The position numbers were made by a program, and so were the translations under genes. Source: Gonapodya sp. JEL0774 (lineage: Eukaryota). Taken from it: a DNA stretch of 64,000 nt. The notes under the pieces were generated by a model. That model had not been told where the DNA came from and made no database searches. It was given only the letters and a program-made list of their open reading frames with translations. Shown here piece by piece: positions 48,747 to 62,119 of this stretch (positions within the stretch are counted from its first letter, which is position 1; every line of letters begins with the position of its first letter). The DNA is taken from contig JADIIX010000001.1 in the NCBI GenBank assembly GCA_027604505.1, positions 558,001-622,000 of the forward strand. The letters are read 5' to 3'.

Positions 48747-51044
48747 TCATTCATTCAGCTCTGTCTCCCCGCCATCGTCGCCACCATTGTGCTCCCCGCC
48801 ACCTCCCCCCAAGGCTCCTTGACTTTGACCCATTACCCGCCACCCACCAGCTGCGGCAATCGCTGCTCTTCGTACTCTCTCTTTGTGCCTCTTCGCGCGC
48901 ACATGTTGCTCCCACGCGACCTTTCCGACCAACACCTTTGGGCCGCCGTCATTGTCTTTACAAACCTCGCACTCCCGCGTCGCGAACGCAGGGTCCGAAA
49001 TGGGAAGGCTGTTGGTCGAGGGTGATAACAGATTCGTGGCATCTGGGTGGATGCTTGCAGGCGGAGGAAGGACTTTATTATAGAGGAAGGCTGAGGGAGA
49101 GGAAGAATTGTGACTGGCAAAACGAAGAAAGATGATTGTAAAATCAATGTTCACCGTGCATGATGTGAAGAGCGGGTTGGAGAACTCGTTCAGTCCACTT
49201 CGAAAGGTCTTCACATAGGAACACATGAAGGAAGCCACGACCAGTGCGAAGTACCCATTTCAATTACATAACCGCTCTAAAGTGTGTGAGATCGACTCAC
49301 CCGACGCGTCCAATACATAAGCGGCAGCTTTTACTTCACCATCCCCATTTGGTTCCACCTCAATCTCCGGCGAATCCCCACCTCTCCTCAACTGCCAAGC
49401 GAGTTTATTTCTAATCCACGTCACTTGCTGCCTGGCGTACTGCCGCGTAGCTCTCATCATGGTTTCCATTCCCTCTTGCCACAGTTTGTGAGCTTCCTCG
49501 GACGGCTCTCGTGTGCCATCTCCTACAGGTGAGCAACCACGATCCATCTCCACAGCATCTAGATAAGCAGAAAATTCCTTGTATCCAATGGCCTGAAAGA
49601 CGCCCCTCGTGTAGTCCGGTTCGGCCGGTCGGGGATATCGAGTTCTCGACCACGCCCGAACCTCACGGATCTCGTCTAGCAACCCCATGCGCACCATGCT
49701 GGAGCACCGAGAATCAAGACGGGAATCTAGATTGGCTGACGGGGCGTGAAGCCAGAACAGAAGAGTAGGGTGGCTATTCATCAGTTTGCAAAGGTTGTAT
49801 GTGATATATGACGAATTACGGTCAGATTGGCTTGCAAGTTGAAGGCAATGACCCTTACCGGAGTGTGGTGCACGTAGAGGAGATGGATCTCTGTTCGGCA
49901 AGGATGGCGGAATGTTGGCGTCCGGTTTGAAGCCAGATCTGGGGGAAAGATAATTGAATGGATATCATGACGGAGAACTCCACTTTCATGTGCCCATCGA
50001 CTGATCCAACTTTTTACCTTGCTGAATTCCAGGCACGCTCCCCATAACCCCTCCACTTATCCCTAACTGCACTCACCTCCAAACTTCGTTTTACTCTTCT
50101 CTCGTCGTTGGGATGGCGTACAGCTGCCATCCTGGGATCTACTTGCTTGAGAAGGTCATGTAGAAGGCGAGACGTTGACATCATTGATGCCAGCTTCGGT
50201 GCGGAGTTCGGGGGTTGTGACCTCACAACGGTTCTGTCGGGTGGTTGTTGCGTCAGAAGAGCCGTTCTGACACGGGCGACGAGATCTGCATCACGCGGAT
50301 CATGCGCAGCTGAGACAAAGTCTGAAGAGGCTATAGAGCCGACGACATCATCGTCCGGGTCGACAGCGTCAGGTGTGGTAGGGCCACTTGTTTCACTGGC
50401 CAGGGTCCCCTCCCACAACAAAGATTGGACATAGTAGTTAGTGCCCCCAACGATTATAGGTAGGGTATTTTGGGCGTGAAACTTCGAAATCTGATCGACG
50501 GAATGCATTGGAGAGCAGTGGGATTGGAAAACCAAGTTCACGATTCTTTGGTGGTTTGAGTTCATATACCCTCGTTCTCCGGACTTACAGAAAACAACAA
50601 AGCCTCACCAAATCTTGTGATTCGTCCACAAAGTCCTTGACGCTGTACTCCTCCTCCATATTGAGAAATCCGATCAAATGGTGGGGTACACCTTTGGCCT
50701 CCTCGGGCGTGACCTTATTGGTCGCGATGGGTAGGCCCTTGTACACCTGCATTGAATCTGCGGAGATAATTTCGGCGGATGACGGGAAGCGTGGTTGTGC
50801 AGCGTTCTGAGAAGTTGCGGAGGTTGTGGAGAACGGGGGTAAGGAGTTTCTGACTGCAAGAGCCAGGTCTATTGCGAGCTGGGACTTTCCTACAAGAGTG
50901 GAAGAATGCGACTCGGCAAATAGCAAGAAAGTGGAAAACACAGACGCGAGAGTATCCAATGATGGGGATGTGATGATGCAGCAACCCACCGACACCAGTT
51001 GTCCCGACGATTGCAATGATGGGTAGTTTGCCAGGAAGTGACAT
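48747..51044 (-). CDS. TRIT1: tRNA dimethylallyltransferase (IPPT; MOD5/TRIT1 type) with C-terminal zinc finger
   Basis: [87 protein letters not shown]...[10 protein letters not shown]. Confidence 0.95.
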
Positions 51045-52039
51045 GATATTGCATATAGCAAAGTAGAGCGATATTCTGCGCGCTGCTGATATAGGTAAGA
51101 AAATGGGTTTATATGTTTTAGCGGGTGTGAACAGGACCAAAATGCTCATCTAAAATATTCTGAAGTCAAAAGCTGTTCCTATTACGTAGCTGTTATTTAC
51201 ATCTTTACACGTTTCTGTGTTACTTGGTGGTACTGTAACTATTGAAGAGCAAGCGTTCGCATCTTGCTTCGCCTGTTGTTGGATTCACCAGCACCCCTCA
51301 GAGAGACTACAAATTCCTTCCCACATCCTGCCATTTTGCTGTCACATGTGTATTTTGCTGCTTTATGTCGAACTGTCATTGACGTGGAACCTCTGCGTTT
51401 GCAATAGGGGCAGGTTACTGAAGGTACATGAACATGGTTGACAGAAGGTCGTGAGAAGAGGGAGGCAACACTGAACATGTTGAAAATTGATATTGATGAT
51501 ATCTGGTGCTGGAGGGCCGTGATAGGTTGGACGGTCAGGCACACGATGTGACACAACCACAGTCAGTGAAGTGTGAGCACTCAGTCAGGCGGGTCAACCT
51601 TGGGCTCACCAGACCAGAGAATCGCGGTATATCGACCAGGAGTAGGAGTTTCTAAAAAGAACTTCGCCAATGGTTTTCTACTCCCGAGGATAGAAGATAA
51701 AGTTGTTTTGAGTAAGATTGCTGAGTTTTGGTGGAGAACTCGTAATCAGCGTATAGGCTATTCATCTCACCGATATTCCTCGCCATCATTCTGTTTGACT
51801 CACTAATCCGATTATTGAATGGATACAGGAATATGCTTTCCGCAAGTTCACTCGGACTCTGATGAGCACATCAATTTAATTTCAGTCTCCATGTGACGGA
51901 AGCTTCAATAATGTACAATTACTCCATACATCGAGAGAGGACATTCGTGGATGTTAGATACCTAAATTGGTCGTCGGCACGTAATTCTCGTGGTTGAGAC
52001 TTTTTGTGTTCGTATGGGTGGGGGGTTGCCGACAACACC

Positions 52040-54151
52040 ATGGCCCGAGATTCTGGTCCAAACCTTTCGAGAACAGCAATGTACGGCCAAAACCAGTTTC
52101 AAAATCAACAACAGCAGCAGCAATGGACACAGCAAATGTTCAATCCCCAACAAGCGCAGAACAGCTGGAACCCTCAATCCGCGAATCAGCTTTACACGCA
52201 AGCGAATCCCTCGCAACTCCAGCCAGTGGCCATGTACCAGACGCAGCCTCAAAACCAGCTCTACCAACAGCAGTTCCAGCAACCACAACAACAGCAACCC
52301 ACGCCAGCATTCGCGGTCAATGCTTCGGCATGGACAACTGCTGGACACAGCTCGCTCGCAGGAACACCGCAGCCTTCTTTTGGACAGGGTAGTGGTGGTG
52401 GAAGTCCCGCAATGCCTCGTATGGCTGGTGCTGGAGGAGCGCAGAAGGAAACATCAACCGGAATTGGGTTAGTACCCCTATTGCTATTGATTCACATCCT
52501 CTGTTACCCTTCATCTCCTGTAAAACCCAACCCTCTGCGATCGTGTTGATGTCTTTCCATGTGCCAGTCGACCCGCGTACCGATGGGCCTTGTCTGGTCA
52601 GCAACAAATGCAGCCTTGGGTGCCACCAATGCAAATCCTCTATCAGGAGGCTGGTGTAACGATTGCTGGAACGGTGAGGATCTACGAATAACCAGTGTCC
52701 CTAACGATGGGACCTTACTAATCGAGGAGAAGTTTGGGGGGAATGACACGGACACAGAGGACTCGGTTGGCTGCCAGCACAAAACTATTGCATTGGAGAG
52801 GAGTAAATCATTGACTCGTCACTCTGCTGAGCAACGTCAACAGAAAACGTTGACTCGTTGCTCTGCTGAGCAACGTTAACCGAAAACACTTCGTGGAATG
52901 GCGAGCAATCCAGCTTACCTAATCTCTCCTCTGAGCTTGTGCCCGATTCTCCTCCCACTTAAGTTCGCGCGGCGCGATGGCCGAATGCTTCTCGAACTCA
53001 TAATCCAGAATCAAACGTCGCAAGGCATGCGGGACCTCTCGGTCTCATTTGGCCGCAATACGTTTACCTTGGGACCTGCCACGCCAAAGCTGTCGGTCAT
53101 GGGAGTGCCGCAAGGAGGTCAAGTTGAAGCGAGTGTGCAACTGCGGTACGTGCGGCGAGCGGGGGCGATGGGGTATTGGAGTAGATGATTTCGAGGAAAC
53201 GGGAGAGGAAGAGGATCGGTGTGTCGTAGGATCATGAATTCGCAAGTGGGAATATGTACATCCCCCCGTGAACTTTGATTACCCTCCTGGAAGTGCAGCG
53301 ACACTGGTAGATTTTATTCTGATCTTTTCCGTGAGGTTCAGAGGCCTTCTGTGACAGACACGGACAGAATTTAACGTCATCTTTCGAAGGAAGAAAGGGA
53401 AGTAAGTTAGCTTGGTGGGGCTGAGCAACAGTTTTCAATGGATTTCAAGCCTGATGGCCCAGACGAGACGATCATTCCAACAAGGCATCTCAAGCGCTTG
53501 AATCCACCATCTTAATCGCATTTCTCCCACTCCCCCCTCCACGCCTTTTCTTGAAATCCATTGTCTGAAGCGTGGACGCCGACACCGCCTCACCCCAGAA
53601 TCCCATTAACCTCATCCCGATTTCCCTCAAGCACTCGTTAACGTCCCACCACTTCAGCGCGTCTATTCCGATCCACGTTCTCTTCACCGAGCAAGGTCTC
53701 ATAGACCAAACCCGATGGCTGAAGCTTTGGACAGAGAGTGGTGCCAGCGAGTGGGCGTGTCCTTTACAGGGAATGAGATTCGAGAGTGTTGACGAGTTAA
53801 GGGGGAGATTAGGGGTAAATAATGTGTTTGTGGTCGCCCAAAGGATAGTAAACGGAATGGTGAGTTGACTGGTTCGCTTCACAATTAAAGGGATGATTGC
53901 TAACCAATCTCATCCCATCCTTGACCATTTTCTCTTTCTCTCCTCGCCGTCCATCTTTCCAGCATTACTTCTACGTCTCTATGGCACTCCCAAACCACCC
54001 TGCCACGATCTTTGTAGCTGAAATATCACTTGATGAGCAGCTCGCAAATGGGAAATTGTCAGTAAAAATTCCAGGAAAGACTACCGAGGAAGCCGGAGAG
54101 CTGGCTGGACCTGTGTTTGAGAGTGTGGGGAGGATGATGCTGGGGCAGTAG
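52040..54151 (+). CDS. Gln-rich N-terminus + beta-adaptin appendage (ear) domain, no adaptin trunk
   Basis: Spliced PPMQILYQEAGVTIAGT|FARRDGRMLLELIIQNQTSQGMRDLSVSFGRNTF...HFSASIPIHVLFTEQGLIDQTRWLKLW...NNVFVVAQRIVNGM|HYFYVSM...FVAEI...KLSVK; matches the beta1/beta2 appendage sandwich + platform pattern. Confidence 0.8.
52811..52888. repeat. 39-bp intronic tandem duplication
   Basis: ttgactcgtcactctgctgagcaacgtcaacagaaaacg (52811) / ttgactcgttgctctgctgagcaacgttaaccgaaaaca (52850), inside predicted intron 52674-52963. Confidence 0.85.
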
Positions 54152-54921
54152 ACACGATACGGTGACAGTGGTTATGATTTTACTGCTGATACGGATAACA
54201 CATGTAGATGATGTTCTCTCAATATTATGGAAAAGGATACACCAATTCTTACGATTTATTCCACACATGGGCAAACTTTGTTTCAGATGGGTGGTGAGGT
54301 GGCGTGCTATAATCTGTGAATGGGCTCGTCTTCACAAAGCCCCATTCACCTTGAAACACCAGGATGAGCTACAGAGCCACCGATTCGGACTCGGAATCTG
54401 ACGATGAACGTGAATGGTTCGCATATTTGCAATTCCGCCTTCTTGCATCGAATCAATTGGTAATGTGATTGCTGCGTTGCTCCGTTTTGGTGGCGAACAG
54501 GTCGGTCCGGCGTATCAAGGCGTACGGCTTTGCATCCGCGGGCGATGCTCGCAAACGATATCGTGTGGAGTGGGATCCCTCGGATGGGAAAGTCTGGGAT
54601 GATGTAGGTTGACGGATGAGACTCGACAGTCAGCCGCCGTTATGAATCAATTCAATTCACAATCCTCTCGAACAACATAAAGACATGGGAACCTGCAAGT
54701 GTCTTTACAGATCTTGATTTTTTACGGGACTTCCGGCGCAGATGGGACTCGCGCCTTCTCGCAGGCCTGAGGGCTCGGACGTCTGGATACAAGTGGTACC
54801 GAGTTTCCTGGCGTGATCCCGCTGGCGTCGATGACTGGCAGGATGTGAGTAGGTCTACGTCGGTGATTTTCTTGGGCAGTCGGTTTCATCAGGTCCGACA
54901 TTACGTACTCCACAGACCTGG

Positions 54922-57900
54922 ATGCCAAGAGAAGAACTGGAGGTTCTATATCTCCCTCAACTCGCAGCATTTGACTTTGAATGGGATCGCAGGCAGAGCG
55001 GTGTACTTGTGCCTGTCCCTCCGTCCTCCCTCAACGTCCGCAAGGCAGCGGCCGAGACTTCGTTGTCGGTTCACAAGAAAGCAGCACTTCCCCAATCCAC
55101 CAACGTGCATGCGCCCTCAAACACGATAAAGCGAAAACGTACCGCAAGTGATGACGAAGGCCACGGGCATTCGGCTCGATCCCGTAGGGTTGCTTCTCCT
55201 GAACCGCTGGTGTGGCCTGTTGATGAGTTGAATGAGAGCTTCTCGGACTCTGTATCGTATTCCGTCTCTCGAGGTCCCGAGCGTCACGTTGAAATTCGTG
55301 GTCCCAGTCTCGGCGAACGCGCGGCTGCCGTTATTCGAAGGCTACAGGAGGCTTGCCGGAAACCGGACGACTGGGAACGTCAGTAGGCTTGTCATGTTTT
55401 TCTGAGATATTCAGTTTAGACCCCACTGATTGCTGAGTACTTTCCTTATTTTATTGTTCCTCCGCTCAGTTATGCACCTGTTCTCGCTTGCTCTCCTCTA
55501 TCCTGTACACTCCTACACACATCACACCGCCTCTGCTTCCACTTCTGTCTATGAGCGCCTATCTTCTCTGAGTGCTATCTTAGATGCCGCGCGTAACAAC
55601 CCGGCCGGCCCGTTCGACGCAATTCAAGCTGCCTTCTTGTCAGCCGCACGTTATTCCCACAAACCAAACCGCACCGATGTGAAACTCGCTATTCAGGAAG
55701 CTCTCTCGGCTCCAGCAGGCCCTGAACCCACTGAACCTGCAGAGGCGGCGCCCATCGCATGGGCGGGTTTCCGAGATGCTTGGCTCACCTTGCGCGCACG
55801 TGGCGCAAAAGTGCCTGAGAGTGAGGATTGTACATCAAGCGATGTATTGTTTCCACTAGGAAAGTCTGTGGTGGAGGGGGATGGTGTAAAACACCAGGCG
55901 ACTGTGATCTACGGCGTTTCCGTGTACCCCACCACCAGTTCTTTTGGCAAATCCCCGGCACTAACAGTTGCTATATTGCCGCCAATCGTGCAGGCCCGAG
56001 GCAACCGTCTGCTGAGACTCGTGGGACCAGCTGCTGTTCTACAGGTGTACGTGGATGCCACACCTGCCGGTCAGTCGAATACCACAACTCCAGCCTTAAC
56101 GGACAGGGATGAGCAGGAATACAAAATCTCCACAATTAAGCTGAGACTGGCAGAGCTAGAAGTGGCAGGCGGAGTGTACGAGTATTTGCACTTCAAAGTC
56201 GTTCACGTACGTTACCGAGGCATTTTCATCCAGAAAGGGTGCCCAATCGCTGATTTAGATGCATGAATCTTCTCTTGACACGATGATTGTAGGGTGACAG
56301 GAAGGCGAAGTCTTTGCGGTCGGCGGCGACGGACGTGAGTGGCTGCTTCACACCACAGCACCGTTTTTCACAGATCATTGAAATGGGCAGCATTTACTCT
56401 TTGATGTCTCTCTTACATCCTGCACAATTCTCAGTACGGAATTTTTCTCCTCTCCACCCACCCTGCCCGCTCTCCGCATCTCCCGCCCCTATCTCAACCC
56501 TGGCACATTCTGGCCAACCATATGCCTGCTATCCCCGGCAATCTATCCCAAGCATCAACAAAGTTTCTCTCACGCTTGGATCTCTTCTTGAGCGCTACCC
56601 ACGCTGTGACACTTCCTCCGGACACCACCATTATCCACGATCTACCAGACGTGCACCCAACCGGTATTCCGGATGAAGCCATGACAGACGGCGCAGGTCT
56701 GGTGGGACGAAGAACAATGCAGTACGTCTGCACTGCTCTGGGGAAAACCGACATGCTGCCAAATACCATACAGATTCGCTACCGAGGATTCAAGGGGTTA
56801 CTGGTGCTCGACAGAGTGGGTGAATTAGAGTTATTGGGGAGACAGAGAGTGAAAGAGCTGAACGGGAAGATGGTGCGTGGATCTCTGTTTGAAGCATCAA
56901 CGAACAGGCGGGAGAAAGCTTTAGCATCAACTGCAAGCTGATACCATTGTACCTCCTCAGCCTGACATCGCATTTCGCAAGTCAATGTGCAAATATGTAT
57001 CGACTCCGGAGGAGCTTGCCATTCCAGGAACGCTCGAAATCGTTTCTGTGGGTTGTTGCCACATGTAGCTTCGTTTCCTCAGATATTCATTGTCTTCGGC
57101 CCAGTAGATTCCACATGTGAGTCCAGGCATGTTGAATCAACAACTTGTCAATGTCCTGGAACATGGAGGTGTCCGTGAAGATATCTTGCGCACGCTCGTG
57201 GTGAGTTCGCGAATGACTTGATCAAATCATGTCCATCCGAGTAACTCAGCCGCATGGATTACAGGCTAAGGCAACGGACGCACTTTTTGAGACCTTTTTA
57301 TCGCCAAACAAAGTTCTGTCCGCTATTCAAGGGCTCCTCAGTAATCCGAGCTCCGGGGGCAGTTCGTCCAGCGTCCGCCTTGCGCACAACCTCTGCGCCG
57401 GTTTTGACTCTTCGGAGCCATACATGCGCAAGATGCTGGTGGAACACGTCAGGTGGAAGCTATCCCGTCTCTACAGTCAAGCTAGGATCCCAGTTGAAGA
57501 GTCTATCGTGGTCACCATCGTCCCAGCCCCCAAAGGAACTCTCAAAGAGGGTGAGATTATGGTCCAAATTCCAGGGTTTTCCAATGCACTGGCTGGAAAG
57601 GAGGTGGTCGTCATGAAGAATCCTGCAATGCTCGCCACTGATGGCCAGAAGCTCACCGTAGCAGACCTTCGGGACTATCCTCAACTCGCTGGCTATGATG
57701 ATGTGTGTATGATGTCGGTGAGAATTCAGGTTGTCTTTCCTACTTTGCTCTCATGGACGCTGATGCTCCATCCTTCTCTTGCCGAATGGACATCACACAT
57801 TCGGATTTTAAGGTCGAAGGGGATGTTCGCGAAGCATCACGGATTGCTGGTGGAGACTATGACGGCGATAAAGTGATGGTTATATGGCACAAGCCGATCG

Positions 57901-59091
57901 TGGATGCGTTTCACAGCAGCAGAACGGTTCCCAAAGTTCCTGCTGAAGTTGAAGAAGCTTTCACTCGCACCAAAGACACCGTTGCTCAAGTAACACAACG
58001 AAATGCTGGCGAGCGCTACGGACGGCCTCTATTGGCACGGGGTCTCCAAGAATGGTCCAAAGCCAGCTCCTCCAAAACTGGATGGTACAGCTTGTTATGG
58101 GCGGCGGCTGTCGATAAATGGGGAATGGAGAGTCCTAATGCTGTTCGGTATGCGCACATTGCCACTCGGTGAGTTTGTGTGCTCGTCCATATTTTTCCCC
58201 AGTCATAATTCGTCTGTTCCTCATAGGCTGCTGGACGCAAGAAAGAACGGCGAAACTCTGGATCCCGAGATCGATAAGATCCATCGCCAGTCGTATTTGC
58301 AGCAACTTGGCGGGCAGCCACCTGCCTGGTGGAAAGCCGATGGCATTACCGTCCGAAAACCTGTTCAAAGGGTTCCAAAGTTCGCCCGATTTCTTCACGA
58401 ACTCACTTCGAGCTCCGATAAGGTGCTAGAAGACAAGGTTGCTACACTTGAGGAAGCAAAACCGCAACCAGAGATCTGCGAGTACTTTTCGAACGACGAC
58501 CGCCTGTTCACTGGTGATCGCGTCTGGGCCCATGATATGAAGCTTCTTAAGGACGCACTCTTTGGAGAGGAACTCCCACTTTGGACCTCATACTGGAAAG
58601 AGGGGCTTGTCCAAAAAGGGCTCCCAGCGCTCCCTTCAAATCAAGCTCCAACCGCTGAAGATAATCCCGAACTCATCTCTAAACGCAATGCCTTACTCGC
58701 TCTGCCCGGGCGAGACGCGGTTCTGGCACAGTTTCGCAACTTTTTCGAAAGCAAACCTGCGGAAAGCGACCTTCAATCGCCTGCCCTTCGCGGCACAGAT
58801 GGGCGTCAGCGACTACTCAAGCTCAAAGCAGCTCTCGCATACAAACATACGAAAAGCAAGTTTGTGTGGGATGTTTGCGCGCATGAGCTCCGGTCCATTG
58901 TTTCCGCGGCGACAGCGGGTCTAGAAATGCACGTGGCTGCCTCATTTGTCCCTTATATGCGGTTCCGCAGTGCTCCAACAGGAGCAGTGAGCGTGGCTGG
59001 GGGAGATTCTGCCGGCGCTGCTGCCCTAGAGCAAGAGGCAGAGTTGGATTTAAGTGGTATTGATTGGGCTATTGATGACATGGACGTTTGA
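54922..59091 (+). CDS. Eukaryotic RNA-dependent RNA polymerase (RNAi; QDE-1-like)
   Basis: KFLSRLDLFLSAT, MTDGAG, IQIRYRGFKGLL, LNQQLVNVLEHGGV, VMKNPAMLATD, catalytic GGDYDGD (DYDGD at 57855-57869), LLDARKNG. All exons splice in frame by my reading; the start is approximate. Confidence 0.9.
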
Positions 59092-59885
59092 GATTCCTAT
59101 TTTCTGTCTTGGAGTGGTGTGAAAGTGCGTCGAGGAACTTTTTTTGGATCATTTATTGTGCTTTGCCGATTTCTCAAAAATTCAGTGGCATCTTTTTCTA
59201 TATCAGTATTCTGAATATTGTACTTTAAGTCTGTCTGTCCAAATGAAATTGTTGGACTGTGTCGGCACGCTCTTCTGACCACAGGCCGCGTGTGCTCATC
59301 GATCTCAGAACGCTCCAACACAAAGAGATACCAGGACTCTCTTAGCACTTCCCTTGAAACTTCAGCAACCTACGATGAACTCCCAAGCAGAAACCGAGGC
59401 AGGAAACGGAATCGCCATCGGTGGGTGAACGCTCAGTGCGCACAGATGTCCGGGCGGGATGTCCGGGCGGGCGCACTGCGGAATCGAACCTGGGCAACCT
59501 CTCACCGAGTGTTTTCAATTATCGTCTAGGATACGAAGACACAACAGTCTCTCCTGAGCCTTTGCTACTCGCACTTCCCAACCGGGGTGAGCGCGGTGAG
59601 TCAATCCCAACAGCTGGTTCAAAGTAATGGGCGTACTGATTGGCCAAAGTCGGATGTCATTTGGCTCGAATCTCATGATGACGCAGAGAGCTTCATGCTC
59701 ACGACGATACAGCAGAACCAATTGGCGGCTATGTTGCGACAAGCGGCGGCAAACACCAATTGTGAGTTTTCCTTTTTCTATCACACATAATATAAATATC
59801 AAAATTTAAAGTTGAAATTGTCTGATCCCAAACTGAAGCCCGGCCCGCGTCTGGTGTCTGGAATCCCCGCCCCATTTATACAGAC

Positions 59886-60039
59886 TTCCTGCACGTCCCC
59901 TTCTTAGCGGCGGGAAGTTGGCAGTGGCGCCCGTTGAGCTTCGCACCACTTGCAAAGTTTGGGCGGTTATTCATTTAAGTAAGCAGGGATGGTTTGGTGA
60001 CGCTCGAAACGGAGCGTCAGGTGCGGGGACGTGCACGAA
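59886..60039. other. Intergenic element bounded by a 15-bp imperfect inverted repeat with internal hairpins (candidate structured ncRNA or MITE-like element)
   Basis: ttcctgcacgtcccc (59886-59900) pairs with ggggacgtgcacgaa (60025-60039), 14/15; internal hairpin tgacgctc-gaaacg-gagcgtca (59998-60019); stem gcagtggcgc...gcaccacttgc (59921-59953). Confidence 0.4.
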
Positions 60040-60431
60040 ACAATAATCCAACACCTGGCACCTCCACGAAACGACAAGACTTCCTCAGAAAAAGCTGTAC
60101 GCACTGTGTTTTATGCAAATGTTTATGCACCGATGTATCTTAGACTAAATGGACAACGTATAGCTCACTTTTACAACAATATGAATCCGCAAAAATAATG
60201 ATTACTAGCACCAAACTAACAATTCATGCTTCTATTTGGACGCTTTGGAGTATGTACATAATTCATTATCCATCACGGGCATAAATGACAGACCACAGCC
60301 CGTCGGCACCTGCCGTCTGGCTACCTGTCCTCTATAATTTGTGCACAAACAAAGATCGGCGTATTTTAAGACATACTTGAATCCGAGCCATCACGCCTCA
60401 GGAATCACGTACAACCGCAATCTTAATTGAA

Positions 60432-62119
60432 ATGAGCAGTTTCCCGAAGAAGCCGTGGGTTCAGGTCCCGATTTTCAATGGACAGCTACGATCTTCACCT
60501 TGACGCTCGGCGCCTTTCCCAACACAACTGCCCCTCCACTCCACAGATCCGGCCCTTACACAATCCTTGCTGGCACTTACAACGCATTGCTATTACGTCT
60601 CGTCTTCGATCCTGCCGTTCCCTCCCTCGTCCTTGCCGAAACTATCCCTACGAGCGTACAAAATGATGGCCCCTTCGATGCCACAAATCCTTCCTGGCTT
60701 GAACCTCACTCCACGAGTTTAGATCTTGCATTTGCAGCCGACCAATCTCCGGAGGGTCGCGTCGTGCTTTTCCGGACGTCACCCTCGGGCCAAGTCTCCC
60801 ATGTCGCCACAGCATCTTCCCGTGGATTTAGGCCAGCTCATGCGTGTGCTTCCAGAGACGGCAAATGGGTGTTCCTACCACACTTCAACGATGGTCACTT
60901 CACGGCCGTACCGGTGGACGTCACAAAAGGGGTCGACGCGTTTGATGTGGAAAATTCCTCACTAGAGGTTTACACGGGTTCCGGACCCAAGCCTCTTCAG
61001 AATGTGGCTCATCCACACATGGCGGTCGAACACCCTACCTCGGGGAATGTTTTTGTGATCGATCTGGGATGTGAGTGATGGCCAGGTCACCGGAGTGGTT
61101 CTTCCCCAGCATGTACGAATAACTGTTTCGTCCTCATCGGTATTCGGGTGTTTGTTCGCTTTGTAGCGGACAGAATCCATGAGCTCCGCTTATCTGATTC
61201 AGGGAAGTGGAAGCCCGTGCAAAGCATTGTTGTTGGTCCTGCCGGCACAGGCCCCCGTCACTTTCGCTTTTCCCCTGATGGTCAGTGCCCGCCCGCCATT
61301 TCGTCACTCCGAGCAGTGATCATTTTTCTCTTCAAGAACTTAACGTTTTTACTCTCTTGGATTTGATCGTTACTCGATCCCGTTAAGGCACATCCGGCTT
61401 CCTACTTTGCGAACTTGACCTCACACTCCATACGTTCCAGGTCACCGCCCCCGCCCGTGGATCCGCTGATCCCACCATATTTACGGAAGTAAGCGTCCAC
61501 AGCTCTATCCCTTCGGATGCCGTGGACGCCGCCGAGAACAAGAAACTGGCGGGCGGAGAGATTCTCTTGCCAAGCGATGGCAAGCAGGTGTACTTGACGA
61601 ACAGGTGCGTTGGGTGCGAGAGTTACATTTTCAAGGCTTTATCATTGTGATGAGATCGAGGCACTTACCAAAAATCCGGAACTCGCGTTATCGTCTTCCA
61701 CAGAAACGATGGGCATAGTCTAGGTGACACCATTGCAGTGTTTCAGCTGGACCCACCACACAACCCGAAGCTCTCGACCGGGCCCGCGTTCTTTCGTACA
61801 GGGGGATCGCACCCCAGAGGGGCGGAGTTTGATCCTTTCGAGGTAAGTGAGGAAGGACACATTTCGTCCTTTGGCACTGTTTGTGATTGCTTCTGTGTTG
61901 CACCTCTTTCCAATTTCTGATGCAAATTCACCCGTGCGCCATTTAATATTATGACCATCCATGACTCCGAAGGAAAAGTATCTTATCGCTGGCAACATGC
62001 TCTCTTCTTCAGCTGTGGTTTTTGAGCGAAATCCAGTTGACGGGTCACTGAATGAGGTGGCGAGAGTGAGCTTGCCGGAGGGTGTTCAGATCACAACATT
62101 CTTGTGGGTGAGAGTGTGA
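60432..62119 (+). CDS. Lactonase, 7-bladed beta-propeller (6-phosphogluconolactonase / cycloisomerase 2 family)
   Basis: ILAGTY, NPSWL, PAHACASRDGKW, AHPHM, VIDLG|ADRI, GTGPRHFRF, GGEILLPSDGKQVYLTNR, GGSHPRG, YLIAGNM; TGA at 62117-62119. Confidence 0.9.

Noticed and set aside
18134..59091. Helicase + RdRP + HEI10 + chromatin factor as a genome-defence cluster
   Set aside because: The genes are tens of kb apart and interspersed with unrelated housekeeping genes; no evidence of clustering
59218..59790. Exon-like fragments with GTGAG donors downstream of the RdRP
   Set aside because: No coherent start-to-stop model or recognisable homology
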